Source: Candidatus Oxydemutator sp.
GTDB lineage: Bacteria; Pseudomonadota; Gammaproteobacteria; Poriferisulfidales; Oxydemutatoraceae
Direction of reading: 5' to 3'
NCBI GenBank assembly: GCA_965203445.1
Contig: OZ241883.1
Span: 1,984,001 to 2,048,000, forward strand
DNA: 64,000 bases
This document shows positions 21,612 through 31,429 of this stretch, piece by piece. How positions within the stretch are numbered: position 1 is the first letter of the stretch; every line of letters begins with the position of its first letter. Made by a program: the position numbers and the translations under genes. The notes below the pieces were generated by a model. The model worked only from the letters and a program-made list of their open reading frames with translations. It did not search any database and had not been told where the DNA came from.

Positions 21612-22595
21612 TTGACCGACGGCTGTCCGATTTCCCCGATTTTCCTGCTGGGACCGACCGCAAGCGGCAAGACCGCGCTCGTCCGGGAACTGGCGCGGCG
21701 CCTTCCGTGCGAGGTCGTGTGCGTGGATTCGGCGCTGGTCTATCGCGGCCTGGACGTCGGCACGGCCAAGCCCGGGCCGGCGACGCGCGCGCGCGTACCG
21801 CATCACCTGGTGGACCTGTGCGAACCGTCGGAAATCTACTCGGCGGCGAGGTTTTGCGCCGATGCGACGCGCGCGATCCGCGACATCCAGGGGCGGGGGC
21901 GCGTGCCGCTGCTGGCCGGAGGGACGATGTTCTACTTTCACGCGCTCGAACACGGTCTGGCGGCGATGCCTTCCGCCGATCCCGAACTGCGCGGCGACCT
22001 CGACGCGCGCGCGCGCCGCGAGGGCCTGCGAACCCTGCACGACGAGCTGAGACGGCTCGACCCGGCCGCCGCCGCGCGCGTCCACCCGAATGATTCGCAG
22101 CGCGTGCAGCGCGCGCTCGAGGTGTGCCTCTCCGGCGCGCGCCGCTTTGGCGAACGCCGGGGCGCCGAGGCCGACAAAGCGCCCGGCGCGCCGGAGGTGC
22201 CGTTGTTGCACGGGCGCCTCCACCGTGTCGGCCTGGTCTGCGCTGAGCGCGCGCACCTGCACCGGCGCATCGCACGACGCTTCGATCAGATGCTGGCGGA
22301 CGATTTTTGCGGCGAGGTCAGCCGCCTGCTGCTGCGCGGCGACCTCGATCCGGCGCTGCCGGCGCTGCGGGCGGTCGGCTACCGCCAAATGCGAAAATAC
22401 CTGTGCGGACGTTACGGCTTCGAGGAAATGCGCATGCGGGCGATCCACGCGACGCGGCAGCTGGCCAAAAAACAGTTGACATGGATGCGACGGATGCCAA
22501 ACTTGGACTTATACTTCAGCGACCGTTGCGGTTTTCCGCAAATTGCCGAACGCATAGAAAAAAAACAAAGGAGCATATCGGCGCAATGCACATAG
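21612..22595 (+). CDS. miaA: tRNA dimethylallyltransferase
   Basis: Motifs [24 protein letters not shown] and [11 protein letters not shown]. The TTG start at 21612 is inferred from a GGAG SD. Confidence 0.95.
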   Translation: MTDGCPISPIFLLGPTASGKTALVRELARRLPCEVVCVDSALVYRGLDVGTAKPGPATRARVPHHLVDLCEPSEIYSAARFCADATRAIRDIQGRGRVPLLAGGTMFYFHALEHGLAAMPSADPELRGDLDARARREGLRTLHDELRRLDPAAAARVHPNDSQRVQRALEVCLSGARRFGERRGAEADKAPGAPEVPLLHGRLHRVGLVCAERAHLHRRIARRFDQMLADDFCGEVSRLLLRGDLDPALPALRAVGYRQMRKYLCGRYGFEEMRMRAIHATRQLAKKQLTWMRRMPNLDLYFSDRCGFPQIAERIEKKQRSISAQCT

Positions 22596-22864
22596 ACAAA
22601 GCCGGCGCGGCAAAAAAAGGGCCGCACGCGACGCGCGGCCAGAACGTCCAGGATCCGTTCCTGAACGCCGCGCGCAAGGCCAGGGTTCCAGTTTCGATCT
22701 ACCTGATCAACGGCGTCAAGCTGCAAGGCAGGATAGATTCGTTCGATCAATTCGTCATCGTCCTGCGCAACAACGCCGTGCAGGTGTTGTACAAGCACGC
22801 GATTTCGACCATCGTCCCGGTGCAACCGTTCGACTGGTCGCACAAAGGCGGCGACGCAGGCTAA
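22586..22864 (+). CDS. hfq: RNA chaperone Hfq
   Basis: [30 protein letters not shown]...[10 protein letters not shown], in mutL-miaA-hfq synteny. Confidence 0.96.
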   Translation: MHIDKAGAAKKGPHATRGQNVQDPFLNAARKARVPVSIYLINGVKLQGRIDSFDQFVIVLRNNAVQVLYKHAISTIVPVQPFDWSHKGGDAG

Positions 22865-22870
22865 GCCGAC

Positions 22871-23665
22871 GTGTGGCAGGTGGCGACCATCCCGGCGTTT
22901 GCGGACAACTACCTGTGGTTGCTGCAAGGATCGGGGCGTCGGGCGGCCGTCGTCGATCCCGGCGACGCGGAGCCGGTGCTCGCGGCGCTCGACGCCGGGA
23001 AATGGGAGCTTGCGGCGATCCTGATCACCCACCATCACGCCGACCATATCGGCGGCGTGGCGCGCCTGCTGGCGTCGTTTCCCGAGGCCCGCGTATATGG
23101 CCCCGAGGACCGGCGCATCGGCGGCTTGACGCGCGTCGTGCGCGAGGGCGATCACGTCGAACTCGACTTTCTGCCCGCGCGCTTTGCGGTGTTCGAGGTG
23201 CCGGGCCACACGCGCACGCACCTTGCCTACTACACCGCGGGCACGCGGCGCGGAGAGGAGAGGCTGTTCTGCGGCGACACGATCTTTGCCTGCGGCTGCG
23301 GACGCCTGTTTGAAGGCACGCCGGCGCAGATGTGCGACTCGCTGTCGAAACTGAGACGGCTGCCGCAGACGACGCAAATCTATTGCGCGCACGAATACAC
23401 CCTCGACAATATCGCCTTTGCGAAGTGGGTGGAGCCGGACAGCGAGGCGCTGCTGGCGCGCGAGCGCGAGGCGCGGGCGCTGCGCGCAGCCGGACGCCCG
23501 ACGGTGCCGTCGCGGCTTGCGACGGAGCGTCGCACCAATCCTTTTCTGCGTTTCGACGAACCTCAGGTCGTAGCCGCGGCGCGCCGGCACGCGGGTGCCG
23601 CGTTGGCCACCGACGAGGAGGTCTTCGGCGAGATCCGCCGCTGGAAAGACACCGAGTTCGATTGA
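22871..23665 (+). CDS. gloB: Hydroxyacylglutathione hydrolase (glyoxalase II)
   Basis: Motifs DNY.W, THHHADH, PGHT, GDT.F..GCGR, CAHEYT and NPFLR. Confidence 0.95.
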   Translation: MWQVATIPAFADNYLWLLQGSGRRAAVVDPGDAEPVLAALDAGKWELAAILITHHHADHIGGVARLLASFPEARVYGPEDRRIGGLTRVVREGDHVELDFLPARFAVFEVPGHTRTHLAYYTAGTRRGEERLFCGDTIFACGCGRLFEGTPAQMCDSLSKLRRLPQTTQIYCAHEYTLDNIAFAKWVEPDSEALLAREREARALRAAGRPTVPSRLATERRTNPFLRFDEPQVVAAARRHAGAALATDEEVFGEIRRWKDTEFD

Positions 23666-23705
23666 ACGCCGCGGCTGTTCGCGCGCCCGTGGCCGCGCTC
23701 CCGGG

Positions 23706-23975
23706 CTAGCCGATCACAAAGCCTTCGGGCGCGGGCGCCTGCGCCGGTTCGCTTACCAGGCCGGTTACGCGCGCCCCCGGCGGGCCCGCGGCCACCGCCC
23801 GCCGCACCCGCTCGACGGCCTGGGGCGCGCCGTGGAGCCGCACCTCGACGCGACCGTCCGCCAGGTTGACGGCCGCGCCGGCGACGTTTTCCGCTACCGC
23901 CACGGCGCGCACGAAAGCGCGAAAACCGACGCCTTGCACGCGCCCCGAGACGAGTATCCTCAGACCCTGCATCAC
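23706..23975 (-). CDS. Acylphosphatase
   Basis: Motifs VSGRVQGVGFR, NLADGRVE and GPP.ARV. Confidence 0.92.
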   Translation of the reverse strand: MMQGLRILVSGRVQGVGFRAFVRAVAVAENVAGAAVNLADGRVEVRLHGAPQAVERVRRAVAAGPPGARVTGLVSEPAQAPAPEGFVIG

Positions 23976-24237
23976 ACCTTACGACACGGAGTCGTACTCA
24001 TTCCTCTCGCGCGGGTAGCGCTCGATTCCGGCCGCGGCTTCTTCGATGGCCGCTTGCGGCCGGTCAATTTCGAGGCTCTTGTGCGGTTTTGCATAATCGG
24101 GCGGGAAGGCGACGCTCGCGGGCGCCGGCGCTGATTTTCTGCATGCCGTGGCAAGGCGCATAAGCGCCGCTCGCGGGCGCCGTCCGACGCCGGCAGGCGG
24201 CGGATGAAGCACGTCGTTAGGGTAACATAAGCGGGTC

Positions 24238-25476
24238 ATGGGAACACGCGCGCACGTTTGCGTACTGGGTGCCGGCATCGCCGGCGTGACCACCGCCTAC
24301 CGGCTCAACCAGGACGGCTTCGACGTGACCGTCATCGAGCGCCGCGCACGTGCGGGCATGGAGACGTCGTTCGCCAACGGCGCCCAGCTGTCGCTCGCGA
24401 ACGCGCTGCCGTGGGCGCTGCCGGGCATGGCCTGGAAGGCGACGCGGTGGATCTTCGACGAGGATGCCAGCCTGTTCATACGTCCCAAGTTGTCGTGGCG
24501 CGAGTGGTGGTGGATCGCCGGTTTTTTTGCGAACTGCCGCGCGCGCGCCGCCGACCGCAACACCGCGGCGTTGATCGGGCTGTGCCGTCGTTCGCTGCGG
24601 CTGTACCATGAGCTGATCGAGCGCGAGCGCCTGCACTTTGACTACTCCCGAAAGGGCGTGCTGCACTTTTATTGCGACCGCGCGGCGTATCGTGACGCAC
24701 GCCGCCTCGGCGCGCGCCTTGCGGGCGGCGAACGTCCGTGCCGCGTGCCCGTGGACGGCGCGCAGATAGTGCGCCTGGAGCCGGCGCTTGCGGCCGCGGC
24801 CGGGCGCATCGTCGGCGGCTTCTACGCCGAGGGCGACGCCACCGGAGACGCCCATGTATTCTGCAAGGAACTGGCGCGCGTCTGCGACGCGCGCGGGGTG
24901 CGCTTTCGCTACCGCACGCGGGTTACCGGGCTGGCGCCGCGGGCGGGCGAAGTCGTCGTCAAGATCGCGGACGACGGCGGCTGCGACGACGCGCTCAGCG
25001 CCGATCACGCGGTCTGCTGCCTCGGTTCGTATTCACCGCTGCTGCTGCGCACGGCCGGCGTATTCGTCAACGTCTATCCGGTCAAGGGATATTCGCTGAC
25101 GATAGACCTGAAGGACGCGGCCGCGCGCAAGGCGGCGCCGTCGGTGTCGGTGCTGGACGACGAACACAAAATCGTCGCCAGCCGCCTGGGCGACCGCCTG
25201 CGCGTCGCCGGCACCGCCGAGCTTGACGGCTACAACCTGGATATCCGCGAGCGCCGTATCGCGCCGCTGAAGAACTGGGTGCGCCGGCTGTTTCCGCAAA
25301 TCTCGCTCGAATACGCGGTGCCGTGGGCCGGGCTGAGGCCGGCAACGCCGTCGAATCTGCCGCGCGTGGGCGCCACGCGCCACCCGCGCCTGTGGCTGAA
25401 CACCGGTCACGGCAGCCTGGGGTGGACCTCGGCGATGGCGACGGCCGAGCAGGTGTCGTGTGCTATAATGAAATGA
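24238..25476 (+). CDS. dadA: D-amino acid dehydrogenase-like FAD oxidoreductase
   Basis: FAD motif GAGIAG, plus ETSFANGAQLS, YPVKGYS, WAGLRP and NTGHG.LGWT. Confidence 0.82.
   Translation: MGTRAHVCVLGAGIAGVTTAYRLNQDGFDVTVIERRARAGMETSFANGAQLSLANALPWALPGMAWKATRWIFDEDASLFIRPKLSWREWWWIAGFFANCRARAADRNTAALIGLCRRSLRLYHELIERERLHFDYSRKGVLHFYCDRAAYRDARRLGARLAGGERPCRVPVDGAQIVRLEPALAAAAGRIVGGFYAEGDATGDAHVFCKELARVCDARGVRFRYRTRVTGLAPRAGEVVVKIADDGGCDDALSADHAVCCLGSYSPLLLRTAGVFVNVYPVKGYSLTIDLKDAAARKAAPSVSVLDDEHKIVASRLGDRLRVAGTAELDGYNLDIRERRIAPLKNWVRRLFPQISLEYAVPWAGLRPATPSNLPRVGATRHPRLWLNTGHGSLGWTSAMATAEQVSCAIMK
25461..25469 (+). promoter_or_regulatory. Extended -10 promoter (TGcTATAAT) for the SCO-MauG-TlpA operon
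   Basis: Perfect TGnTATAAT inside the last codons of dadA, about 35 nt before the SCO ATG, which follows GAGGA. Confidence 0.6.
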
Positions 25477-25502
25477 CTCCAGGCAAGCGACGAGGACGAG
25501 AG

Positions 25503-26240
25503 ATGTCGAGACGTTTTCATTTGCTGGTCGCAATAGTCGCAACAGGCGTATTGTGCGCGGCTTTTGCGGTTGTTGCGCAGCAGCGCGTGGTCGTGGGCGA
25601 CAGCGTCGAACGACCCGCGCCGGGATGGGGCGAACTCGGATACGAGCCGCCCACGCCCGGCACCTACGAACTTCCGGTAATTCGACCGGCGGCCGACGGG
25701 GCGGTGTTGCTTGAAGACGGTTCCGAGGCGAGACTGCGTTCCTATCTGCAGGGGAAAATCTCCGTCTTATCCTTCATCTACACGAGCTGTTCGGACGTCA
25801 ACGGCTGCCCGCTCGCGACCTTTGTGCTGCACTCGCTGAAAGGAGCGATTGCGCGCCACCCGAACCTGTCCGACAAAGTTCGTTTCATCAGCCTGAGCTT
25901 CGACCCCGAACGCGACACGCCCAAGGCCATGCGCGATTACGGACGCGACTTCAAGCAGGGAACGGCCGCCGAATGGCTCTTCATGACCACCAGGTCGGAC
26001 AAGGAATTGCGCCCGATACTGAAGGCTTATAGCCAATACGTGAACAAGGCGCGCGACGCCGGCGGCAACACCGAAATCGCCCATACCCTGCGCGCCTATC
26101 TGGTGGACGCCAGTGGCGACGTCCGCAATATATACAGCATAGACTTTCTGCACCCGGATCTGCTGATGGCCGACATAGAGACCATCATGCTGGACGAGAG
26201 TCGTTTATCGAAGAGGGACGCGCCCGGGAACGAGAGGTGA
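25503..26240 (+). CDS. SCO1/SenC-family copper chaperone (periplasmic)
   Basis: N-terminal signal/TM, SFIYTSCSDVNGCP, SLSFDPERDTP and His ligand in IAH. Confidence 0.88.
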   Translation: MSRRFHLLVAIVATGVLCAAFAVVAQQRVVVGDSVERPAPGWGELGYEPPTPGTYELPVIRPAADGAVLLEDGSEARLRSYLQGKISVLSFIYTSCSDVNGCPLATFVLHSLKGAIARHPNLSDKVRFISLSFDPERDTPKAMRDYGRDFKQGTAAEWLFMTTRSDKELRPILKAYSQYVNKARDAGGNTEIAHTLRAYLVDASGDVRNIYSIDFLHPDLLMADIETIMLDESRLSKRDAPGNER

Positions 26241-27577
26241 GGCCCGAGCGCGCTCAGGGCCGCGTGCTGCTGGCATCGGCCGTGGTCGTCGTCGGGGCCA
26301 TCGCGATAGCCGCCGGGGCCGGGACCGAGACGGGGGCCGCCGACGAGGACTCGATACTAGGTTCCGGCGACTATAAGGAAGGCTATGAGTCGGATGAATA
26401 CCGGACTCGTTCGCGCAGTCTTGAAAGCCGCACCGGGCGGGAGGCCAACCTCTATGCGTTGATGCGCGACCCGCCGCTGGGGCTGCCGTCGCCGCCGTGG
26501 CCACGCCTGAATCCGCCGTCGCCGGACGCCATCGCGCTCGGGCGGCGCCTGTTCTTCGACCGTCGCCTGTCATTGAACAACACCATGTCGTGCGCGATGT
26601 GCCACGTGCCGGAGATGGGGTTTGCCCACAACGAGCTCAAGACCGCGGTCGGCTTCGAGGGCCGCAGTGGCAGGCGCAACACGCCGACCCTGCTGAACGT
26701 CGCCTACAAGACGATGCTGTTTCACGACGGCCGCGAGTTCTCGCTCGAAAATCAAATATGGTCGCCGCTGCTGGCGCGCAATGAGATGGCCAATCCGTCG
26801 GTCGGGGCCGTTATAGAAAAAATACGCCGGATCAAGGAATACCCGGGTATCTTTCAGAAGGTATTCGGCGAGCGCGGCGTGTCCATGGAGACCGTCAGCA
26901 TGGCGTTTGCCCAGTATCAGCGCGCGCTGCTGTCGGCGAATTCGCGTTTTGATCGCTGGCGCTACAACGGCGAGAAAAACCTGCTGAACGCCGAGGAGCA
27001 GCGGGGTTTTGCGATCTTCAACGGCGCCGGCGCGTGTTCGGCATGCCACCTGATCGGCGAGCGCCACGCGCTGTTCACCGACAACCAGCTGCACAATACC
27101 GGGATAGGTTTCGATACCTCGATGAGGAAGGCGGCACCGACCGAGCGCGTCCAGTTGGCGCCGGGCGTCTTCGCCGACGTCGATCGCGGCGAGATCGCCG
27201 GCATCGGAGGCCCGCCCACCAAAATCAACGACGTCGGACGCTACGAGGTGACGCAGGACCCGGGCGACCGCTGGAAATACACGACGCCGACGTTGCGCAA
27301 CGTCGCGCTGACCGCGCCGTACATGCACAACGGCGAGTTGTTGACGCTCGAGGCGGTGGTCGAGTTCTACGACCGCGGGGGCGTGCCCAATGAATCGCTG
27401 AGTCCGCTGATCCGACCACTCGGTTTGACGCCGGCCGACAAGAAAGCGTTGGTCGCTTTCCTGCAGACGCTGACCGGCGGCAATACCGCGGAATTGGTGT
27501 CGGACGCGTTTGCGGCGCCGGTCGGTGAACTGCGGCGCGACGATCCGTTCTGGGCAAACCAGCGCTTCGCGGAATAA
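26237..27577 (+). CDS. Diheme cytochrome c peroxidase / MauG-like protein
   Basis: Two CxxCH motifs (CAMCH, CSACH), LFFDRRLS, RRNTPTL.N and TPTLRNV..TAPYMHNG. Confidence 0.92.
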   Translation: MRPERAQGRVLLASAVVVVGAIAIAAGAGTETGAADEDSILGSGDYKEGYESDEYRTRSRSLESRTGREANLYALMRDPPLGLPSPPWPRLNPPSPDAIALGRRLFFDRRLSLNNTMSCAMCHVPEMGFAHNELKTAVGFEGRSGRRNTPTLLNVAYKTMLFHDGREFSLENQIWSPLLARNEMANPSVGAVIEKIRRIKEYPGIFQKVFGERGVSMETVSMAFAQYQRALLSANSRFDRWRYNGEKNLLNAEEQRGFAIFNGAGACSACHLIGERHALFTDNQLHNTGIGFDTSMRKAAPTERVQLAPGVFADVDRGEIAGIGGPPTKINDVGRYEVTQDPGDRWKYTTPTLRNVALTAPYMHNGELLTLEAVVEFYDRGGVPNESLSPLIRPLGLTPADKKALVAFLQTLTGGNTAELVSDAFAAPVGELRRDDPFWANQRFAE

Positions 27578-27580
27578 CCG

Positions 27581-28147
27581 GTGGCGTGCACAATACGCAA
27601 TGCGCCTGCAATCGCGATGGGCGTATGGCTATCCATCATCGCCGCCGTCGGCGCTCAGGCGGCGATAGCGGAGCCGGGCGCGAGGCTGTTCGATCCGATA
27701 CCCCCGGGGCAGAGCGCGCAAGGATTCTCTCTACCGGACGTGCACGGGCGCAGGCACACGTTGGAGGAGTATCGCGGACGCTTCGTGCTGGTCGCTTTCT
27801 GGTCGGCGAACTGCCTGATTTGCGTCGAGGAAATCGCCGACATGGAGGCCGCGTACCACTTGTTGCGCGGAGGCGATGCAGATGCCGCCTTCGAGATAAT
27901 CGCAATCCACGCGGGTGCCGAGTCGTCGAAGATGCGCGAGGTGCTGGCAGCCAGCGCGGCCAGCTACACCGTGCTGGTCGACGAAGATCTGGAGATGGGC
28001 GGCTGGGGCATCCCGGCGCTGCCGACCGTTTATCTGGTAAGCCCCGAGGGAGAACTGCTCTACCGTGCGGTCGGCGCACGCGACTGGGGAGCGCCACGCT
28101 TGTTGGATCTGTTGCGCTCGATCATGGATACTTCCTCGAAGCGATGA
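27581..28147 (+). CDS. TlpA/ResA-type thiol-disulfide reductase
   Basis: Signal peptide, FWSANCLIC (WxxxCxxC) and cis-Pro LPT. Confidence 0.85.
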   Translation: MACTIRNAPAIAMGVWLSIIAAVGAQAAIAEPGARLFDPIPPGQSAQGFSLPDVHGRRHTLEEYRGRFVLVAFWSANCLICVEEIADMEAAYHLLRGGDADAAFEIIAIHAGAESSKMREVLAASAASYTVLVDEDLEMGGWGIPALPTVYLVSPEGELLYRAVGARDWGAPRLLDLLRSIMDTSSKR

Positions 28148-28149
28148 AA

Positions 28150-28192
28150 GATGCCGCTCCCGACGTGCCACCGGTCCGCCGGGAGCGGCATC
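28150..28192. terminator. 13-bp perfect hairpin between the TlpA gene and mptG
   Basis: GATGCCGCTCCCG-N17-CGGGAGCGGCATC with no U-tract, so a terminator or mRNA-stabiliser role is uncertain. Confidence 0.4.
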
Positions 28193-28295
28193 CCGCCGGC
28201 GCCCAGGTACATTAGACTTTGCGCCGCCCATGGCCTAGCTTTGTTCGCGGAGAGGAATTCGAGAGGCTAGGCGGTAGTGACGGCGCCGCCGACCC

Positions 28296-29297
28296 ATGGA
28301 GCGACAAAAGCGATTCCTGACGACTTGCCGGGTAGCCGCACCGGCGCGCCTGCATCTGGGTTTTGTCGATCTGCACGGCGGCCTCGGACGCCGCTTCGGC
28401 AGCCTCGGCGTCTCGCTTGCCGAACCGGTGACCGAGCTGCGCCTGTCGCCGGCGACGGCGCTCGACGTGTCCGGTTGCGCGCACGCCAAGGCGGCGCGGC
28501 TCGTCGCCCGCTTCGATCGCCACCACGGCGTCACCACGCGCGCGCGCATCGAGATCGCGCACGGTATTCCCGAACACCGGGGACTCGGTTCCGGCACGCA
28601 GTTGGCGCTCGCCGTGGGCCATGCGCTGAACCGACTGCATCGGCTCGGCTTGTCGAGCCGGGCGCTGGCCTCCGGCCTCGGGCGCGGCAGACGCTCCGGG
28701 ATCGGGATCGCCGCATTCGACGGGGGCGGCGTGGTCGCGGACGGCGGCCGTGGCGACGGCGATACGCCGCCCCCGGCAATCGTGCGCCTGCCTTTCCCCG
28801 AACAGTGGCGCATCCTGCTGATTTTCGACGACGACGAGGAAGCCGGCCTGCACGGCGCGAAGGAAGAATCGGCGTTTTCGGAATTACCGAAATTTTCAGT
28901 ACAATGCGCCGGTTTCCTGAGCCGTCTTCTGATGATGAAGCTGCTGCCGGCCGTGGCCGAGGCGGACTATCCGTCTTTTGCCGAAGCGATCAGCGAGTTT
29001 CAGGACGTAATCGGCGATTACTTCTCGGCGGTGCAGGGCGGCGGATGCCGCAGCCGGCGCATCGGGAAAATTCTGGATTACCTGAAGAAAAAAGATATAC
29101 AGGGAAGCGGCCAGAGTTCGTGGGGCCCGACCGCCTTTGCCGTCACCCGCGACCAGAACGCGGCGCGCGATTTGAGAACCATGATCGAGCGGCACCTCGG
29201 CGACGACGCGTTTTTCGCCTCGGCGCGCGTCAGTATGCTGATCACCGCCGGCAACAATCGAGGCGGTGACGTGCGCGCCGAATACGACGAATCATGA
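28296..29297 (+). CDS. mptG: Beta-ribofuranosylaminobenzene 5'-phosphate synthase (methanopterin biosynthesis)
   Basis: Motifs PARLHLGF.DL, IPEH.GLGSGTQ, RSGIGIAAF..GG and GQSSWGPT; first gene of the H4MPT cluster. Confidence 0.92.
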   Translation: MERQKRFLTTCRVAAPARLHLGFVDLHGGLGRRFGSLGVSLAEPVTELRLSPATALDVSGCAHAKAARLVARFDRHHGVTTRARIEIAHGIPEHRGLGSGTQLALAVGHALNRLHRLGLSSRALASGLGRGRRSGIGIAAFDGGGVVADGGRGDGDTPPPAIVRLPFPEQWRILLIFDDDEEAGLHGAKEESAFSELPKFSVQCAGFLSRLLMMKLLPAVAEADYPSFAEAISEFQDVIGDYFSAVQGGGCRSRRIGKILDYLKKKDIQGSGQSSWGPTAFAVTRDQNAARDLRTMIERHLGDDAFFASARVSMLITAGNNRGGDVRAEYDES

Positions 29298-29320
29298 ACA
29301 CACCGTAACCGGGGGATACA

Positions 29321-30241
29321 ATGGAGAAATTTCACGTATTGCACATGTTCACCTCGGCACCGAACCTGAGCCCGTTCGATGCCAACATGGCCGCGGACGC
29401 GGGCTGGCACACGCTGGTTCCGTACACCTCGCTGACGCTAGAGGACGTCCCCGCGTTGGTGCAGGACGCGATGTTTTCGCGCAGTCCCTCGGGTCTCAAG
29501 CGCACCGGCATATTCATCGGCGGGCGCGACCCGGGCGTCGCGCTCGAAATGCTCGAGCGGGCGCGCAAGGTCATGTTCCCGCCGTTTCAGATGTCGGTGT
29601 TCGCGGACCCGAGCGGTGCGTTCACGACCGCCGCCGGCATGATCGCCGCGGTCGAATCGAGGCTGCGACGCGATCACGACAGCGACTGGCAGGGCGCCGA
29701 CACGCTCATACTCGGCGGCACCGGCCCGGTCGGCCTGGCGGCCGCGATTCTCGCGTCGCAACTGGGTTCGTCGGTGACGATCATGAGTCGTTCGGCGCAA
29801 AGGGCCGAGGCGGCCGTTGACCAATGCCGCGCCTATGCGAGTGAAGGCGCGGCGTCCGCGGGCGGATCGCTGGCGGCGGCGGCTGACGCCGACAAGGCCG
29901 CGCGGCTTGCGCGAGCCGACGTCGTGCTGGCGACCGCGGCCGCCGGCGTCGAAATGCTGAGCGCGGACGAGGTCGCGGGCGCGCCGCGGCTGAAGGTGGC
30001 GGCCGACGTCAACGCGGTGCCGCCTTCGGGCGTCGCCGGCCTCGAGGCGCGGCACGACGGCGAGCCGTTGGCGGCCTCGAAGTCGGGCGCGGTCGGGGTC
30101 GGCGCGCTCGCGATTGGCAACATCAAGTACCAAGTGCAGCACCGGCTGTTGAAGAGCATGCGCGAAAGCGACGAACCGTTGTATCTACACTACGAAAGCG
30201 CCTGTGAAGCCGCGCGCGCATATGCCGTGCAGCGTGCCTGA
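29321..30241 (+). CDS. mtdB: NAD(P)-dependent methylene-H4MPT dehydrogenase
   Basis: Motifs LHMFT...NLSPFD.NMA.DAG, SVFADPSGAFTTAA, GGTGPVG and DVNAVPPSG. Confidence 0.93.
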   Translation: MEKFHVLHMFTSAPNLSPFDANMAADAGWHTLVPYTSLTLEDVPALVQDAMFSRSPSGLKRTGIFIGGRDPGVALEMLERARKVMFPPFQMSVFADPSGAFTTAAGMIAAVESRLRRDHDSDWQGADTLILGGTGPVGLAAAILASQLGSSVTIMSRSAQRAEAAVDQCRAYASEGAASAGGSLAAAADADKAARLARADVVLATAAAGVEMLSADEVAGAPRLKVAADVNAVPPSGVAGLEARHDGEPLAASKSGAVGVGALAIGNIKYQVQHRLLKSMRESDEPLYLHYESACEAARAYAVQRA

Positions 30242-31379
30242 GCGCGCGCCCGACGTGCTGATCATGGCCGCCAGCGCCCGTGCGCTGGCGCAGTCGGCGG
30301 TCAAGTCGGGTCTGCGCCCGGCGCTTATAGACGCCTTTTGCGACCGCGACGCGCACGCTTGCGCGGTTTCGCTGAGCCGCGTGCCGCTGACCGCCGACGG
30401 CCTGGAGCCTGCCTCGCTGCAACGGGCGTTTCGGCGCGTCTTGTCGCGTTTCGGCGCGACCCTCAAAGGCTGGGTCGCGGGTGCCGGTCTCGACAACCGG
30501 GGCGATCTGCTCGCCGACTTCGCCCGGCGTCTGCCGTTGTTCGGCAACGACGCGGAAGTTTTCAAGCGTTGTGCCCTGGCCATGGCGCCGGCATTTGCCG
30601 CCGACCTCGGGTTGCCTCCGTTGCCGGATAGCGCCGGATACCCGCGTCTGTCGAAGTCGCCGCTGCGCGCCGGCGGCGCGCATATCGAACGTGCCGGCAC
30701 TAGCGCGCGCAATCCCGCGCCGGACGGCGAGCGGCGCTACCGCCAGACGTATTTGCCCGGCGTCGGCGTCTCGCACCTGTTTGCAGCGAACGGGAAGGGT
30801 ATCGCGACCATCGGTTTTGGCACGCAATGGCATTCGCACCACGACCGGCGCCGCCCGTTCACCTACGGCGGCGCAATCAACCGCACCCCGCTGGGCGCAG
30901 CCGAGCGCGCGCAAGCCGAGATCTGGGCAAGCCGCCTGACTAAGACCTTGGGCTTACGCGGTATCAACAACGCCGATTACCTCTATTGCGCGGGTCGTCT
31001 GTATTTTCTTGAACTCAATCCGAGGCCGGGTGCGACGACGGCGTTGTACGACGCGGATTACCCGAGAGGATTGATCGAGGCGCATATGCAGGCTAGTCGT
31101 GGACGCTTGCCGACGCCGCGTCCAGTGGCCGCGACCAGGGCACAGGCGGTCGTATATGCGCGCCGCACCCTCGTACTTGCGGACGGCTTCCGGTGGCCGA
31201 GGGCGGCTTGCGACGTGCCGGCCGCAGGCGAAACGTTCGAGGCCGGGGCGCCGCTTTGCAGTCTGGCCGTCGAGGGTGGCGCGGTCGCCTCGGTGCTGTC
31301 GCGATTGCAGCGAGCGCTGCGTGACATGATGGATTTGCTGAATAAAAACGAGCAAGACGATGAAATACACGAGAAATAG
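30222..31379 (+). CDS. OrfY-like ATP-grasp protein of the H4MPT cluster
   Basis: Motifs ASARALAQSA, IDAF.D.D and LE.NPRP; lies between mtdB and mch. Confidence 0.85.
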   Translation: MPCSVPERAPDVLIMAASARALAQSAVKSGLRPALIDAFCDRDAHACAVSLSRVPLTADGLEPASLQRAFRRVLSRFGATLKGWVAGAGLDNRGDLLADFARRLPLFGNDAEVFKRCALAMAPAFAADLGLPPLPDSAGYPRLSKSPLRAGGAHIERAGTSARNPAPDGERRYRQTYLPGVGVSHLFAANGKGIATIGFGTQWHSHHDRRRPFTYGGAINRTPLGAAERAQAEIWASRLTKTLGLRGINNADYLYCAGRLYFLELNPRPGATTALYDADYPRGLIEAHMQASRGRLPTPRPVAATRAQAVVYARRTLVLADGFRWPRAACDVPAAGETFEAGAPLCSLAVEGGAVASVLSRLQRALRDMMDLLNKNEQDDEIHEK

Positions 31380-31429
31380 ATGTCTCAAAATGTAGCGCTC
31401 CCGAACCGGATAGCGGCTGCGACTGTCCT

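Noticed and set aside
23976-24237. Glycine riboswitch upstream of the dadA-like gene
   Set aside because: The conserved GGAGA...CCGAAG...CTCAGG core was not found.
24238-25476. dadA-like oxidase as the formaldehyde-generating member of the SCO-MauG operon
   Set aside because: It looks like an ordinary cytoplasmic DadA-family flavoprotein, and a separate strong promoter lies at its 3' end. Nothing beyond adjacency supports a link.
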